From Candidatus Cryosericum sp. (GTDB lineage Bacteria > Caldisericota > Caldisericia > Cryosericales > Cryosericaceae), in contig JBNAWM010000008.1 in assembly GCA_049699855.1 (NCBI GenBank), positions 1 to 25,763 of the forward strand: a stretch of DNA of 25,763 nucleotides. Reading direction: 5' to 3'. Shown one piece after another: positions 8,392 through 16,891 of the stretch. Below the pieces are notes generated by a model that made no database searches, was not told the origin of the DNA, and saw only the letters and a program-made list of their open reading frames with translations. The first letter of the stretch is position 1, and each line of letters begins with the position of its first letter. A program made the translations under genes and the position numbers.

Positions 8392-10077
8392 ATGACTAAA
8401 ACATTACAGCACCAAGAACTCAACACTCAACACCACGACATCATTCGCATCACTCCCCTTGGAGGTCTCGGGGAAATCGGCAAGAACATGACCGTCTATG
8501 AGGTCAATGACGACGCGATCATCATTGACGCGGGTTTCAAGTTTCCCGAGTACGACATGCAGGGCATTGATTACGTCATTCCAAACATGGATTATCTCGA
8601 TCAGATCAAGGACAAACTTCGTGGCATTGTGATCACGCACTCTCACATGGACCACATCGGAGCTCTCGGATACGTCCTTGAGCGAGTTCACGTACCAATC
8701 TACGCAAGCAAATTTGCACTTGGCATCATCGAGGACGTCATCCCGGGGCGCATGAAGCCCTACGACACGGTCGTGGTACAAGCAGGCGACCGGATAAGAA
8801 TCGGCAAGATGGACGTCGAATTCATCCGGGTCACACACTCAGTACCCGAGAGTATGGCAATAGCGATTCGCACCAGCGAGGGTATCATTGTCCATACAGG
8901 TGACTACAAGATTGACCAGACCCCTGTCGACGACAAACCCATTGATCTCCAGAAGTTCAGTGCGCTGGGACGTGAAGGGATCCTTCTGCTTCTCTCCGAT
9001 TCGACCAACGCTGAGGAGTCTGGATTTGCTGGTTCAGAGCGCGACTTGAGGTCAACCTTTGACGGCATCGTCCACGAAGCGAAGGGCCGTGTCATCTTCA
9101 GCACCTTTTCCAGCAACATTCATCGAATCCAGCAGATCATGGACGCCGTAGCGCCGCAGGGACGAAAGGTATTCGTCGACGGAAGAAGTATCATCAGCTC
9201 CGTCAAGGTCGCTCGCAAAGTCAAGATCATGGACATTCCCGAAAACACGTTCGTCCAGCAGGACGAAATGGCCAGTATCCCCAAGGACAAGATGCTCATT
9301 GTCACCACTGGAACTCAAGGCGAACCCATGAGCGGACTTTCCCGTCTGGCGCGCGGTGAACATGACTTTGTGAAAATTGCCAAGGGCGATACGGTTGTCC
9401 TGTCGGCCGACCCCATACCCGGCAACGAGGAGATGGTTGCTCGCACTGTGGACAATCTGTTCCGGCGTGGAGCCAACGTGTTCTACCGCCGCGAAGACAA
9501 GGTTCACGTCTCCGGACATGGTGCCCAGGGAGACCTCAAACTGATGCTGTCACTGACGCGTCCCAAATTTTTTGTCCCGATCCATGGCGAATACCGCCAT
9601 CTCGTGTGGAACAAGCGCCTCGCAGAAAGCATTGGCATGTCACCATCACACGTCTTCATCCTAGAGAATGGCCAGACCTTCGCTGTCGACCGCGACCACC
9701 TCACAGCGCTGAAGCGCATTCCAGCCGAGGGTCTGCTGATTGACGGCCTTGCACTTGGACTGCCTGATAGCCCCATCCTTACCGACCGGGCCCGCCTTGC
9801 GAAAGACGGCATCCTTGTCGCGGTGGTCAGCATCGACCGAATGACGGGAAAAATCCTGGCTGGTCCCGAGATCGTCACAAAGGGTGTTGTTACAGACGAC
9901 GATGCCATTCTGTCTGACCTGGCACGAGAGATGAAGTCGTTCATGACAGCGCATCGCAACAGGGAAACGGGCATGACACCCGATCTTCAGCTTGACTTAC
10001 GCAGATTCTCGACTAAATATATATATGACAAAACGCGCCGGCGGCCAATCGTCATCCCGGTTATCCTGGAGCGTTAG
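8392..10077 (+). CDS. rnj: Ribonuclease J (start could be 8386 or 8392)
   Basis: PLGGLGEIGKNM, metal motif HSHMDHIG, HTGDYKID, DSTNA, TGTQGEP, HVSGH, PIHGEYRH. Confidence 0.96.
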   Translation: MTKTLQHQELNTQHHDIIRITPLGGLGEIGKNMTVYEVNDDAIIIDAGFKFPEYDMQGIDYVIPNMDYLDQIKDKLRGIVITHSHMDHIGALGYVLERVHVPIYASKFALGIIEDVIPGRMKPYDTVVVQAGDRIRIGKMDVEFIRVTHSVPESMAIAIRTSEGIIVHTGDYKIDQTPVDDKPIDLQKFSALGREGILLLLSDSTNAEESGFAGSERDLRSTFDGIVHEAKGRVIFSTFSSNIHRIQQIMDAVAPQGRKVFVDGRSIISSVKVARKVKIMDIPENTFVQQDEMASIPKDKMLIVTTGTQGEPMSGLSRLARGEHDFVKIAKGDTVVLSADPIPGNEEMVARTVDNLFRRGANVFYRREDKVHVSGHGAQGDLKLMLSLTRPKFFVPIHGEYRHLVWNKRLAESIGMSPSHVFILENGQTFAVDRDHLTALKRIPAEGLLIDGLALGLPDSPILTDRARLAKDGILVAVVSIDRMTGKILAGPEIVTKGVVTDDDAILSDLAREMKSFMTAHRNRETGMTPDLQLDLRRFSTKYIYDKTRRRPIVIPVILER

Positions 10078-10092
10078 TCGTTAGCCCTTCAT

Positions 10093-10178
10093 GCGGGGGT
10101 GGCGAAATGGCAGACGCGCTAGGTTCAGGTCCTAGTGATCGCAAGGTCGTGAGGGTTCAACTCCCTCTCCCCGCACCA
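10093..10178 (+). tRNA. tRNA-Leu (anticodon CAG)
   Basis: GCGGGGG/TCCCCGC acceptor stem, D-loop GGCGAAATGGCAGACGC, anticodon arm CTAGG-TT-CAG-GT-CCTAG, long variable arm GATC-GCAA-GGTC, T-loop GGTTCAACTCC, encoded CCA. Confidence 0.97.
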
Positions 10179-10226
10179 GTGTTTATGAGAGTGTGATCCT
10201 CCATAGCAACATGGCAGTTGTCCAGC

Positions 10227-10258
10227 ACGGCCCCGTCAGACGGGGCCGTTTGTCGTTC
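10227..10258 (+). terminator. Probable intrinsic terminator after rnj/tRNA-Leu
   Basis: Perfect 10-bp stem ACGGCCCCGT-cag-ACGGGGCCGT followed by TTGTCGTT. Confidence 0.7.
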
Positions 10259-10299
10259 CTGTTGCTATGGGCTTTATGCTGCATATAATGAGAATTGTC

Positions 10300-10857
10300 A
10301 TGAAAAAACGATGCCTGAGCTCGTTGATATGCACTGCACTTGTTGTGTTCTTCATCACCATGCCGGCACTGCCCGTAGCTCTTGGTTCCGGCGCTACCGA
10401 AGTCCTTGTCGACAAGTCCTTTCATATCACCCTCCTCAAGACCAACGAGACCATCCTCGCTTTTCCTGATGCCACCGGCACCACCGGCGACAGTGCCACA
10501 CCTCCCGGTCTCTACAAGGTGACGGACCGGCAAGCCGATCCGAACTGGCACTGGGAAGGCAAAGTCTATGCGCCGTACCTTCGTGACAAGCTCAACGGTC
10601 TCGGCATACGCTGGATAGGAATCTCACTCCCATCGTACGGGTTGCATGGAACGAATGACCCCTTCAGCATTGGCAAGGACATCTCCCATGGATGCGTTCG
10701 TCACGAGAATGCAGACATTGCAAAGGCGTTTCCCCTGATATCGGTTGGAACACCAGTCAAGATTATCGAAACGCCCGTTTCCCATCAGACCGAGGCAATG
10801 GTCACCGACTTTCTGGAAATGTATGACCTTCTCAATGTCATGAAAGCGGCTCACTGA
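10300..10857 (+). CDS. L,D-transpeptidase (YkuD domain) with signal peptide
   Basis: MKKR plus hydrophobic signal; TG....TPPG; catalytic motif YGLHGT....SIG...SHGCVR. TATAAT at 10284-10289. Confidence 0.88.
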   Translation: MKKRCLSSLICTALVVFFITMPALPVALGSGATEVLVDKSFHITLLKTNETILAFPDATGTTGDSATPPGLYKVTDRQADPNWHWEGKVYAPYLRDKLNGLGIRWIGISLPSYGLHGTNDPFSIGKDISHGCVRHENADIAKAFPLISVGTPVKIIETPVSHQTEAMVTDFLEMYDLLNVMKAAH

Positions 10858-10929
10858 CAAGAGAAGCAAACCGACACGAACGAAGGAGGCAGAGGAAGAA
10901 AAGCCTGCCATGGGCTGATCTTCAGCATT

Positions 10930-11529
10930 ATGGACAAGCTATCCAAACAGCAGATAGTGATCCTTGTTGTTGCCGTGCTTGCTTTAGGCTTGGGAGCCGG
11001 GTTGTTCTTTGGTTCACGTCTCACCCGTTCCTCCTCGCTTCCTCCCCTGCAGGTTGTCTCAGATCCATCAAGCACTGATGCGGCTGTCCCGCTTCCAACA
11101 TCCATCAACGTCTATGTGACAGGTGCTGTCGTCCATCCAGGCGTTTACGCTCTGGCCGAAACCTCCATTGTCCAGGACGCGCTGAATGCAGCAGGAGGAG
11201 CTTCCAAGGATGCAGACCTCATTGCTGTGAATCTTGCGGCCCGCCTTCAAGATGGTGAACAGGTCACTGTCCCCACCCTCTCATCGGACGGCTCCAGTTC
11301 TGCTCTGCCGCCCACCTCCTTGGGTACAGCCACGCATGCCCGCATCAGCATCAATCATGGCACGCTGGCAGAACTTGACACATTGCCCGGGATCGGCCCC
11401 GCGAAAGCACAGGCCATCGTTGATTACAGAACCGCTCATGGCCCGTTCAAGCGCCTTGAAGATCTTCAGAACGTGAAAGGTATCGGTCCCAAAACCTACG
11501 AAGACCTGAAGTCTCTCATCACGCTGTAG
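10930..11529 (+). CDS. comEA: Competence DNA receptor ComEA (TM anchor, SLBB domain, helix-hairpin-helix)
   Basis: N-terminal TM helix; VYVTGAVVHPGVY...DALNAAGG...NLAARLQDG; ISIN...EL.TLPGIGPAKAQAIVDYR..HGPFK..EDL.NVKGIG. Confidence 0.93.
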   Translation: MDKLSKQQIVILVVAVLALGLGAGLFFGSRLTRSSSLPPLQVVSDPSSTDAAVPLPTSINVYVTGAVVHPGVYALAETSIVQDALNAAGGASKDADLIAVNLAARLQDGEQVTVPTLSSDGSSSALPPTSLGTATHARISINHGTLAELDTLPGIGPAKAQAIVDYRTAHGPFKRLEDLQNVKGIGPKTYEDLKSLITL

Positions 11530-11534
11530 CACTG

Positions 11535-13691
11535 GTGATACGCCTCAGGCTCGTTACACTTGCGGCCCTGGCTGTCTTTCTGGGAGCCTTTTCAGCCGGA
11601 AGTTCCGGCGCCACCCCGGCCCTCGTCTTTCTCACGCTCGCGGCCGCTGAGATTCTGTACGCCGCTCAGACCAAGCACCTCCCGCTGAATCTTGTCCGGG
11701 TTATGCTTGCCCTGTCGCTGTTCTGGCTTGGTTTTGCACTGGCAGGCGCAACCCTCCGTTCGTCTGCCCCGGGACAGCTGCCGCCCGACACCTCAGTCAT
11801 CACGGGCAGCAGCAGAACATCATCCGCCACATTGAGCAGCGGAGGCACCTCCCTTGAACTGCTGGTGAAAACGGCAGACGGAACACCACTGAAGCAGCTG
11901 GTTACCGTCACCGTCCAACTCCCTGACCGCAGATCATCGTATGCCGCCGGTCAGCCTCTGCAGGTTCTCGGAAAGCTGGCGGTGCGTTCTCCCGCTCTCA
12001 ATCCAGGCGAACAGCGCTCAGGACCGCAGCAACCGGACATATTTCTTGCCCGTGACGTCCAAATCCTCCCCGGGAATACCTTCGCCTCATGGTGGGGCAG
12101 GCAGACCAAGCGTGTGCGCGATCTTGTGGAACTTCGCTCACGGCCTCTGCTCAATTACCGGGCGTTTGGATTGCTCGAAGAGCTCCTGCTTCACCGAAAG
12201 CTGTTTGAAACTGCGGACCGGCAGGTTTTCTCCATGACCGGTACCAGCCACTTGCTCGCCATTTCGGGGTTGCACCTCTCACTGGTTTTTGCCTTGATGT
12301 CTCTCCTCTGTGGCTGGACTTTCTCCGAGAGAAGTGTCGGAAGAACTCTGGCACCACTTGCCGTTACCCTCCTCTACCTGGCATTCATCGACTTTCCTCT
12401 GAGCGCCGACCGGGCATTTGTCATGCTGGCTGTCCTCACCGTGACGCGTCTCGCTGGCGGGCACATCGGCAAGCTGGCCTCTCTCTCCTGGGCAGTTCTC
12501 GTCATTACCCTTATCGATCCAACAGCCGTGTTTGACGCAGGCCTTCAATTGTCACTTGCCTCGGTTGCAGGCCTTTTCTTCATCAGCGAACCGCTGACAC
12601 GCCTGTTCAAACCAAGGCACCGGCTGACCCGCGCGCTCTCCTCTTCGCTTGCAGCGACGATTGGAGCATCTCTTCCGACTGCAGCATTGATTATGTCGAC
12701 GTTTCACATCGTTGCCCCCGTTGCACTCATTGCGAACATCTTTGCGATCCCCGCGGTCTCGCTGCTGCTGACGGGCCTGCTTGTCTGGTCGGCTGCTATC
12801 CTGCTTCTTCGCCCGCTGACACTACTGCTGACACCGATCCTGAACGCAGCCTCGGTTTGCTTGATCGGTGTTCTTCAATTCTTGAGCCGTTTCCCTGGAT
12901 CGCATTACAACGTCTCTGCGCCCCAACCTTTCCTGCTCGCCTCGCTCGGTCTGCTCTTGGGCATTCTCATCATCACGGTGGACAACTGGCCGAGACTGCG
13001 CACGGCGCGGCGTTCCACCGTTCCCCTTGGCGCGGCCGCCGTACTGGTCTGCGTCGCATTCCTGCTCAGTCTGAAACCCTTTGATACGCGCATCACCTTC
13101 CCGGTTGTTGACAAGGGGAGTGTCGTGCTCATCCAAAGCGCCACTCTTGGAACATGGCTTTGTCTGTTTGATACCGATGCGAAGGCCTGCAGTCGTTCTG
13201 TTCGCGCTGTTGCCGCTCTCGGCGTCAACGCTGTGGACGTTGTTGCCTTCACGGGCCCCCTCACCGACCTTCCGGAGCAGTTGGACTCTGTGTTTGAACT
13301 GCTGTCTCCTCGGCACGTTTACGTTCCCGCCATGTACGCACACACTCCCATCGCAGGTCTTGCTCCCCAGTTTCAGTCGACAATCATGGCACTGCCACCT
13401 GGTACGATGGTGTCGGCCGCCGCCGGCGCCAGTACAATTCGTGTGGGAAGTACAAGCGATGCGAGCCCTTCCCTGTCTGTTATCACGGCCGCCCTGGCCG
13501 GGCTGGCTGGCCATGAAGCCCCATGTCCCGTGCCAACCGCAATTCCAGCGTTTGCCTATGACACTTCTGCAGGAACGGTGCGCGTTGTAACAACCAGTTC
13601 AAACGCCATGTTCTCGCTCACACAGACCGGATGCATTTCTGTGTTCACCCGTGGCTCACGCTGCTGGGTTGCGTCCGACCCAAGACGCTGA
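11535..13691 (+). CDS. comEC: ComEC/Rec2 DNA uptake channel with degenerate C-terminal MBL-like domain
   Basis: GTSHLLAISGLH, S..RA, DP...FDAGLQLS, ANIFAIP; many TM helices; directly follows comEA. Confidence 0.88.
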   Translation: MIRLRLVTLAALAVFLGAFSAGSSGATPALVFLTLAAAEILYAAQTKHLPLNLVRVMLALSLFWLGFALAGATLRSSAPGQLPPDTSVITGSSRTSSATLSSGGTSLELLVKTADGTPLKQLVTVTVQLPDRRSSYAAGQPLQVLGKLAVRSPALNPGEQRSGPQQPDIFLARDVQILPGNTFASWWGRQTKRVRDLVELRSRPLLNYRAFGLLEELLLHRKLFETADRQVFSMTGTSHLLAISGLHLSLVFALMSLLCGWTFSERSVGRTLAPLAVTLLYLAFIDFPLSADRAFVMLAVLTVTRLAGGHIGKLASLSWAVLVITLIDPTAVFDAGLQLSLASVAGLFFISEPLTRLFKPRHRLTRALSSSLAATIGASLPTAALIMSTFHIVAPVALIANIFAIPAVSLLLTGLLVWSAAILLLRPLTLLLTPILNAASVCLIGVLQFLSRFPGSHYNVSAPQPFLLASLGLLLGILIITVDNWPRLRTARRSTVPLGAAAVLVCVAFLLSLKPFDTRITFPVVDKGSVVLIQSATLGTWLCLFDTDAKACSRSVRAVAALGVNAVDVVAFTGPLTDLPEQLDSVFELLSPRHVYVPAMYAHTPIAGLAPQFQSTIMALPPGTMVSAAAGASTIRVGSTSDASPSLSVITAALAGLAGHEAPCPVPTAIPAFAYDTSAGTVRVVTTSSNAMFSLTQTGCISVFTRGSRCWVASDPRR

Positions 13692-13697
13692 TACAAT
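13689..13697 (+). promoter_or_regulatory. Extended -10 promoter for probably leaderless polA
   Basis: TGATACAAT (TGn + TACAAT), 6 nt, then ATG 13704; no SD sequence. Confidence 0.55.
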
Positions 13698-13703
13698 AAG
13701 TCT

Positions 13704-16295
13704 ATGACAAATAGAGCCGTGCTGGTCGATGGAAGTTCAATCCTGTACCGTGCGTTCTTTGCCATGCCCCATCTCAGCACGCCCGCCGGTGTGCCGACCG
13801 GAGCGATTCTTGGCACAACCACGATGCTGCTCAGCATCATTGAGGAGCTCCAGCCCTCATACATTGGCGTGTTCTTTGACCGGAAAGCTGCAACGTACCG
13901 CCACGAAATGTTCCAGGAATACAAAGCCAACAGGGAAACGATGCCTGATGAGCTGGTCAGCCAGCTGGTCAACCTCAAACAGCTGATTAGCGCACTCGGC
14001 ATTGTCACCCGCGAGAAGGACGGGTTCGAGGCGGATGACTTCATTGGGATTTACAGCAGAGTTGCCCGCGAAGCGAATGTCCCCTGCATCATCTACTCTG
14101 GCGACAATGACCTGCTGCAGCTGGCCGATGAGAATACCTCGGTGCGCATCACGGTCAAGGGTGTCAAAGAGATCCGCGAATACACCCCCGCCACCATTCT
14201 GACCGAATTCGGCCTTCTGCCGTCTCAGCTGATTGATGTCAAGGCGCTGAAGGGCGATCCCTCGGACAACATTCCTGGCGTTCGTGGTATTGGCGAAAAG
14301 ACTGCCCTCAAACTCATTCAGGAATTCGGTTCAGTTCAGGCTCTGCTCGAACAGGGTGGGCCGGAGCGCTACAAAGCAGTGCTTCATGAGAACCAGGATC
14401 TCATTCTCCGGAACCGGTCGCTGGTGACGATTCAGACAGACCTCGCTGAGCCCACCGCCCTCGCCGACCTCACGCTGCGCGCCCCGGACGCAGGCCTCGC
14501 CAGCCAGCTGTTCGAAAGCCTCTCGCTCGTCGCTTTGAGCCGACGCGCGGCCAAGGTCTTCGGGGTTCCAGAACTGGCCTTGGCTGCAAGACCAGCATCC
14601 ACTGATGATCTTTTCCAAAACAGCACATTGCAGCAGCAGCCTCCGTCCGTCCCCTTTACGTCCAAGTCCGCACCAGCCCCTGACAACAGATGTGCTGTGG
14701 CCATTCTTGAGGATAATGGCGCCCAGAAGCTGACCATCGCCCAGCGAACCGCAAATGCCTCGTCTGTTCAGCAGTTTGATCCAGCTTTCAGCACCGTCCG
14801 ACCCGAGGATCTGAGCCTCTGGTCTTCCTCCATGAACTACGTCTACGACTACAAGAGGCTGCTCCACCTGCTGGTCCCCTTGGGACTGCCGCTCCCGACA
14901 AAAGCCCGGGATGTCATGCTGGCACAATACTTGCTGGATCCGGACCAGAAAGCATGGAGTCCCGACCGCATCGGCCAGGCCTGGGGCATTTCAGGCAATG
15001 CATTGCACGCCGAAGGACTGGCGGACCTGATCTATCGCGTTTCATATCCCATGGATGATGCACTCGATTCTGCCCACTTGATGCCCGTCCTCGACCAGAT
15101 GGAAATGCCATTCGCCGCAGTGCTGGCAAACATGGAGCTTGCAGGCCTTCGAACAGACACTACGTATCTGAGAGAGTTCGGAGCGAGACTCGGACTTCGC
15201 ATCGCAGAACTCGAACGGCAAGTCTATGAACTCGTTGGCACGCACGACTACAGCCTTCAATCCCCCAGACAGCTGGCGGTCCTGCTCTTTGATGTGCTTG
15301 GGCTTTCGCCTACCAAGAAGACCAAAACCGGCCTTAGCACGGACGTCGAGTCCCTTGAAGCGATCCAGAACCAGCATCCCGTTGTCCCCTTGATCCTTGA
15401 ACACCGGCAGCTGACGAAGATCAAAGGAACCTACGCAGATTCACTGGTACGGTATGTTGCCTCGGATGGCAAGATTCATCCAACTTTCCTCCAGACGGGA
15501 ACTTCCACGGGACGCATCAGCTGTGTTGAGCCGAACCTTCAGAATATCCCGGCCAGGACTGAGATTGGGCGAGAGATCCGGCAGGCATTCATTCCCAGCC
15601 ATGAAGGTTGGTCTCTTGTCTCGGCAGACTATTCTCAGATTGATCTGCGTATGCTCGCCCATCTCTCTGCGGACGAGAATCTTCGCAGTGCCTTTGAACA
15701 GGGTGAGGACATCCACCTCCACACTGCCTCCCAGATCTTCGACGTTCCTGAGCAGCAAGTGACGCCAGAAATGAGGAAACGAGCCAAAACGATCAACTTT
15801 GGCATCATCTATGGCATTTCCCCGTTCGGACTTGCCCGGCAGTTGAACATCAGTAGTGATGACGCCCGGCAGTACATCGAACGGTATCTTCAGCGCTTTC
15901 CTGGCATCAAGGAGTATCGAGACAAGATCATCGAGGCTGCTCAACGTGACGGCTATGTGACAACAATTCTTGGTCACCAGCGTCGAGTGCCGCATATCAA
16001 CAGCCACAACAACACCGAGCGGCAGGAAGCTGTCCGTCAGGCCTTCAATGCGGTCGTACAGGGCAGTTCGGCGGACGCGATCAAGGTGGCTATGATTCAT
16101 CTCTCGTCGGACCTCGGGCCTCTCAAGGCACGCATGGTCCTCCAGGTTCACGACGAAATCGTGGTCGACACACCGCCAGAGGAACTCGACTCCGTCCGCA
16201 AGCTCATGCAGACCACCATGGAGTCAGCGATAAAACTCTCGGTTCCTCTCGTGACTCACCTCTCCGCGGGACCGAATCTGCGAGACCTCGAATGA
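13704..16295 (+). CDS. polA: DNA polymerase I (5'-3' exonuclease intact, proofreading domain appears degenerate)
   Basis: LVDGSS..YRAFFA, EADD, GDPSDNIPGVRGIGEKTA; TGRIS..PNLQNIP; motif A ADYSQIDLR, motif B RAKTINFGIIYG, motif C LQVHDE. Confidence 0.97.
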   Translation: MTNRAVLVDGSSILYRAFFAMPHLSTPAGVPTGAILGTTTMLLSIIEELQPSYIGVFFDRKAATYRHEMFQEYKANRETMPDELVSQLVNLKQLISALGIVTREKDGFEADDFIGIYSRVAREANVPCIIYSGDNDLLQLADENTSVRITVKGVKEIREYTPATILTEFGLLPSQLIDVKALKGDPSDNIPGVRGIGEKTALKLIQEFGSVQALLEQGGPERYKAVLHENQDLILRNRSLVTIQTDLAEPTALADLTLRAPDAGLASQLFESLSLVALSRRAAKVFGVPELALAARPASTDDLFQNSTLQQQPPSVPFTSKSAPAPDNRCAVAILEDNGAQKLTIAQRTANASSVQQFDPAFSTVRPEDLSLWSSSMNYVYDYKRLLHLLVPLGLPLPTKARDVMLAQYLLDPDQKAWSPDRIGQAWGISGNALHAEGLADLIYRVSYPMDDALDSAHLMPVLDQMEMPFAAVLANMELAGLRTDTTYLREFGARLGLRIAELERQVYELVGTHDYSLQSPRQLAVLLFDVLGLSPTKKTKTGLSTDVESLEAIQNQHPVVPLILEHRQLTKIKGTYADSLVRYVASDGKIHPTFLQTGTSTGRISCVEPNLQNIPARTEIGREIRQAFIPSHEGWSLVSADYSQIDLRMLAHLSADENLRSAFEQGEDIHLHTASQIFDVPEQQVTPEMRKRAKTINFGIIYGISPFGLARQLNISSDDARQYIERYLQRFPGIKEYRDKIIEAAQRDGYVTTILGHQRRVPHINSHNNTERQEAVRQAFNAVVQGSSADAIKVAMIHLSSDLGPLKARMVLQVHDEIVVDTPPEELDSVRKLMQTTMESAIKLSVPLVTHLSAGPNLRDLE

Positions 16296-16891
16296 CGTTG
16301 GATATAGGGCTTACAGGAAATATAGCCTCAGGCAAGAGCATGGTTTCCTCGGTTCTGCGCGACCTGGGTGCTGCAGTACTTGATGCCGATCTCATCGGCA
16401 AGCGCGTCCTCGCCCAGAACATTGCTGGGGCCCTCGATCAGGTCAGAACCGCGTTTGGAAGCCGCGTTTTCCAAGGAGCCCAGCTTGACCGCAGAGCACT
16501 GGCCAATCTTGTCTTCAACCGTCCAGATCTGCTTGCGCAGTTGAATTCCATCATGATCCCGGTCATGACTCAGCTCATCATTACGGAAATGGAGCGCTTG
16601 CATCTGACATCGGACGTTGTCGTCCTCGACGCCGCCATTCTCATTGAAGCTGGCTGGCAGAACCTCGTGGATGTTGTCTGGGTCGTACGAGCATCAAGGA
16701 CAGAACAGCTGGAACGCCTTGTCACACGAGACCATCTGTCACGGGAAGAGGCTGTAAGCCGGATAGACGCACAGATGCCGCTGGATGAGAAGCTCGCCTA
16801 TGCAGACGCCATCATCGACAATACTCAGGACATCGACAAAACACGCAGGCAGGTGGAGACCCTTTGGAAAACGTACTTGCAGAGCCGCTAA
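16292..16891 (+). CDS. coaE: Dephospho-CoA kinase
   Basis: IGLTGNIASGKS P-loop, DAD, LDRRALA..VF, RIDAQMPL..K...AD.IIDN. ATGA overlap with polA. Confidence 0.94.
   Translation: MTLDIGLTGNIASGKSMVSSVLRDLGAAVLDADLIGKRVLAQNIAGALDQVRTAFGSRVFQGAQLDRRALANLVFNRPDLLAQLNSIMIPVMTQLIITEMERLHLTSDVVVLDAAILIEAGWQNLVDVVWVVRASRTEQLERLVTRDHLSREEAVSRIDAQMPLDEKLAYADAIIDNTQDIDKTRRQVETLWKTYLQSR

Noticed and set aside
10093..10260. Integrated element at tRNA-Leu
   Set aside because: No integrase and no duplicated tRNA 3' end seen; a terminator and ordinary genes follow.
10860..10929. AAGGAGG, a mini-ORF (ATG GGC TGA) and small hairpins upstream of comEA
   Set aside because: The SD-like sequence is too far from either ATG and the stems are only 5 bp; not distinguishable from chance.
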